From Bugula neritina (lineage: Eukaryota > Animalia > Bryozoa): a stretch of DNA of 64,000 bases. A program made the position numbers and the translations under genes. Below, in pieces: positions 62,056 through 64,000 of the stretch. Location: contig OZ037773.1 in assembly GCA_964035545.1 (NCBI GenBank), positions 8,585,751 to 8,649,750 of the forward strand. The letters are read 5' to 3'. Under the pieces are notes generated by a model. That model had not been told where the DNA came from. It saw only the letters and a list, made by a program, of their open reading frames with translations, and did no database searches. Each line of letters starts with the position of its first letter. Position 1 is the stretch's first letter.

Positions 62056-64000
62056 CTTTACTAATTGCCACGCCCACCAGACTGGTCAGTCTGCAGCTAA
62101 GGATCTAGGGCTATTTATCAGATAGAAACTGGCCTAAGACAACATCAGGATAATTCAATTAAACAAAATTATTATATCACATTAATATTCAACTTGCGAA
62201 AAATTTAAAATATTTTGAAGTTATGAAGCCTGAAAATTCCTTACAGATTAAGCAGTCTTCTTACATATTTATATTCCCTAGACATGGTTTTCATTCAAAA
62301 AAGCTTCTAAACACTTTGGTTTGACTTTATTTTAATGCAGGATGTAAAGTAAGTATATTAAAGCAAGTGTGCATCATTTGCCCATACAGCTTTACTTTGC
62401 TAAAAGCAAGCTAGCATAGCTTAGCTTTTGTCTGAATCAAGCACGTTAAATAGGGGGGGGGGGGTGCATAAAAAATTCAAGTAGCAAAACTAGTCATTTA
62501 AGCCACAAGGCTAGACCTAAATATCCAATACTTGAGTATTATAATATAGAAAATGTTATAAAAAGCAAAGTTAATTTCACTTGATTTGGGCTAACATTCT
62601 CACCAAAAATTATGTAATATCTTTATGAAAGCCCTCCCCCATATGCAACAAAAACTCTGAACTGAGCATTGAATAACTAATAGCACCTAAATACGTATAG
62701 TAACCATGTATTAAACTTTGTATTACTAATACTTGCAATGATTATAGTAATGATGCTCATTATCATTATAATCGTTCTCATGGTTCGTATTGATAGTCAC
62801 TGTCAAATCAATACCACAATCACTATGACACACCATAACAGTGTAAAACTAAAAATCAAAAATGTTGACTAGAGGCATTATTAAAATTGTTTTTAAAATA
62901 TTAGTTAGACAGCGGTTATTAAAATAAAGTAAATACAGTTTTGATAATTTTTATAATTCCCAAAATCTTTTTATTTCCAAACTTTTTTAAGGCAAACATT
63001 TGCCTAACACTCAATTAATAGAAGTATTAGTATAATAATTAAAGTAAAATAACAGATTATAGTCATACTCATAGTGATAATAGACATTGAATAAAACCAG
63101 GATTTGCAATTTTACTGACAATCATATTATTCAGTAGTGATTCTGTGTCATGACTGAAAGTGATATGCATAGTGATGGTCATACTCTAAGAGTAAGCAAT
63201 TGTCATAGTAATAGTAATAGTAGTCATAATCATAATGCTAATGATCACTGACTATAGGTATAACATTACTTGCCGCAATCATCCTTGTAAAACTAAGTTA
63301 TGGTTATGATATTTAAATATTTAATTATTGAAATTATAAATTAATAATTAGACTGAGTCATTTACTAACTGACTTACAGCTACTGTTACAGTGTTAGTGA
63401 GTATCTAATAGTAATATTCTTATTCTAACTCTACTTCAGTTTTTGGTTTTTTCAACCTCAGTTTAACTTTAATTTGATGGTAATATTGTTCCTTTCAATA
63501 ATAATCTTTGATCAATAGACATTATGATATAAGTTGATTAATAATAGTTACAATAATAATTCAAAATCATAATTTTACTAAGTCTAACAATTATAATTTA
63601 TTTGCAGTTTTACTGTAAGTGTAACTGAGTTTAAGTTTGAATTTTGGTTTGCCTTATTTTTGCTCTTTTCTAATATACTTACTTTATGGAACAGGAAACA
63701 TTGTGTTGATATATTTAACCGGCATTCATCGGTTTTGAAGCATTTTATTTTAATATATGCATATGCAGTATTTAATTATATTAAGCTGAACACTTTAAAC
63801 TGTAACTTTTACAGGCGACTGATTTTAGTGTTCTTTAGATACCAACAATTCCATGTCCATTCACAATGCCAAACCGATCAATAGGTGAATGTGACGTCAC
63901 AATCGTGTGACGAACCGTGCGGGCTGAGCTACGAAAGGGACAGGATTTTTAGACCATTTGGTAAAACAATACCAACTCGAAAAATATCGCTCCGTGAAAA

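Noticed and set aside
63891-63900. Palindrome GTGACGTCAC (CRE) as the TTBK promoter
   Set aside because: It is at the window edge, no TSS or non-coding exon could be placed, and it may belong to a repeat.

Overview
This is AT-rich, intron-dense animal genomic DNA, probably from an invertebrate; it is not prokaryotic. By reading GT-AG sites and checking exon phases by hand I assembled six genes. (1) The 5' end of a pappalysin (PAPP-A)-like gene on the minus strand, running off the left edge. (2) An uncharacterised ~255-aa gene (-, 15294-23166) with an RFX X-box upstream and two alternative C-terminal exons. (3) Exportin-5 (-, 29 coding exons, ~1188 aa). (4) MICOS13/QIL1 (-). (5) Glyoxalase I (+), head-to-head with MICOS13. 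(6) A tau-tubulin kinase/Asator gene (-, 21 coding exons, ~1521 aa). Mobile DNA includes a Ty3/Gypsy RNase H relic, a non-autonomous hAT element with an 8-bp TSD and a nested MITE, a small MITE, and SINE-like relics. The most unusual pattern is that many introns carry their own private minisatellite abutting a splice site. In several, the repeat unit is the exon end plus the 5' splice donor itself, up to ~32 tandem donors filling ~90% of one XPO5 intron. No rRNA, intact tRNA or CRISPR array was found. Homology calls rest on motifs recalled from memory, not on database searches.
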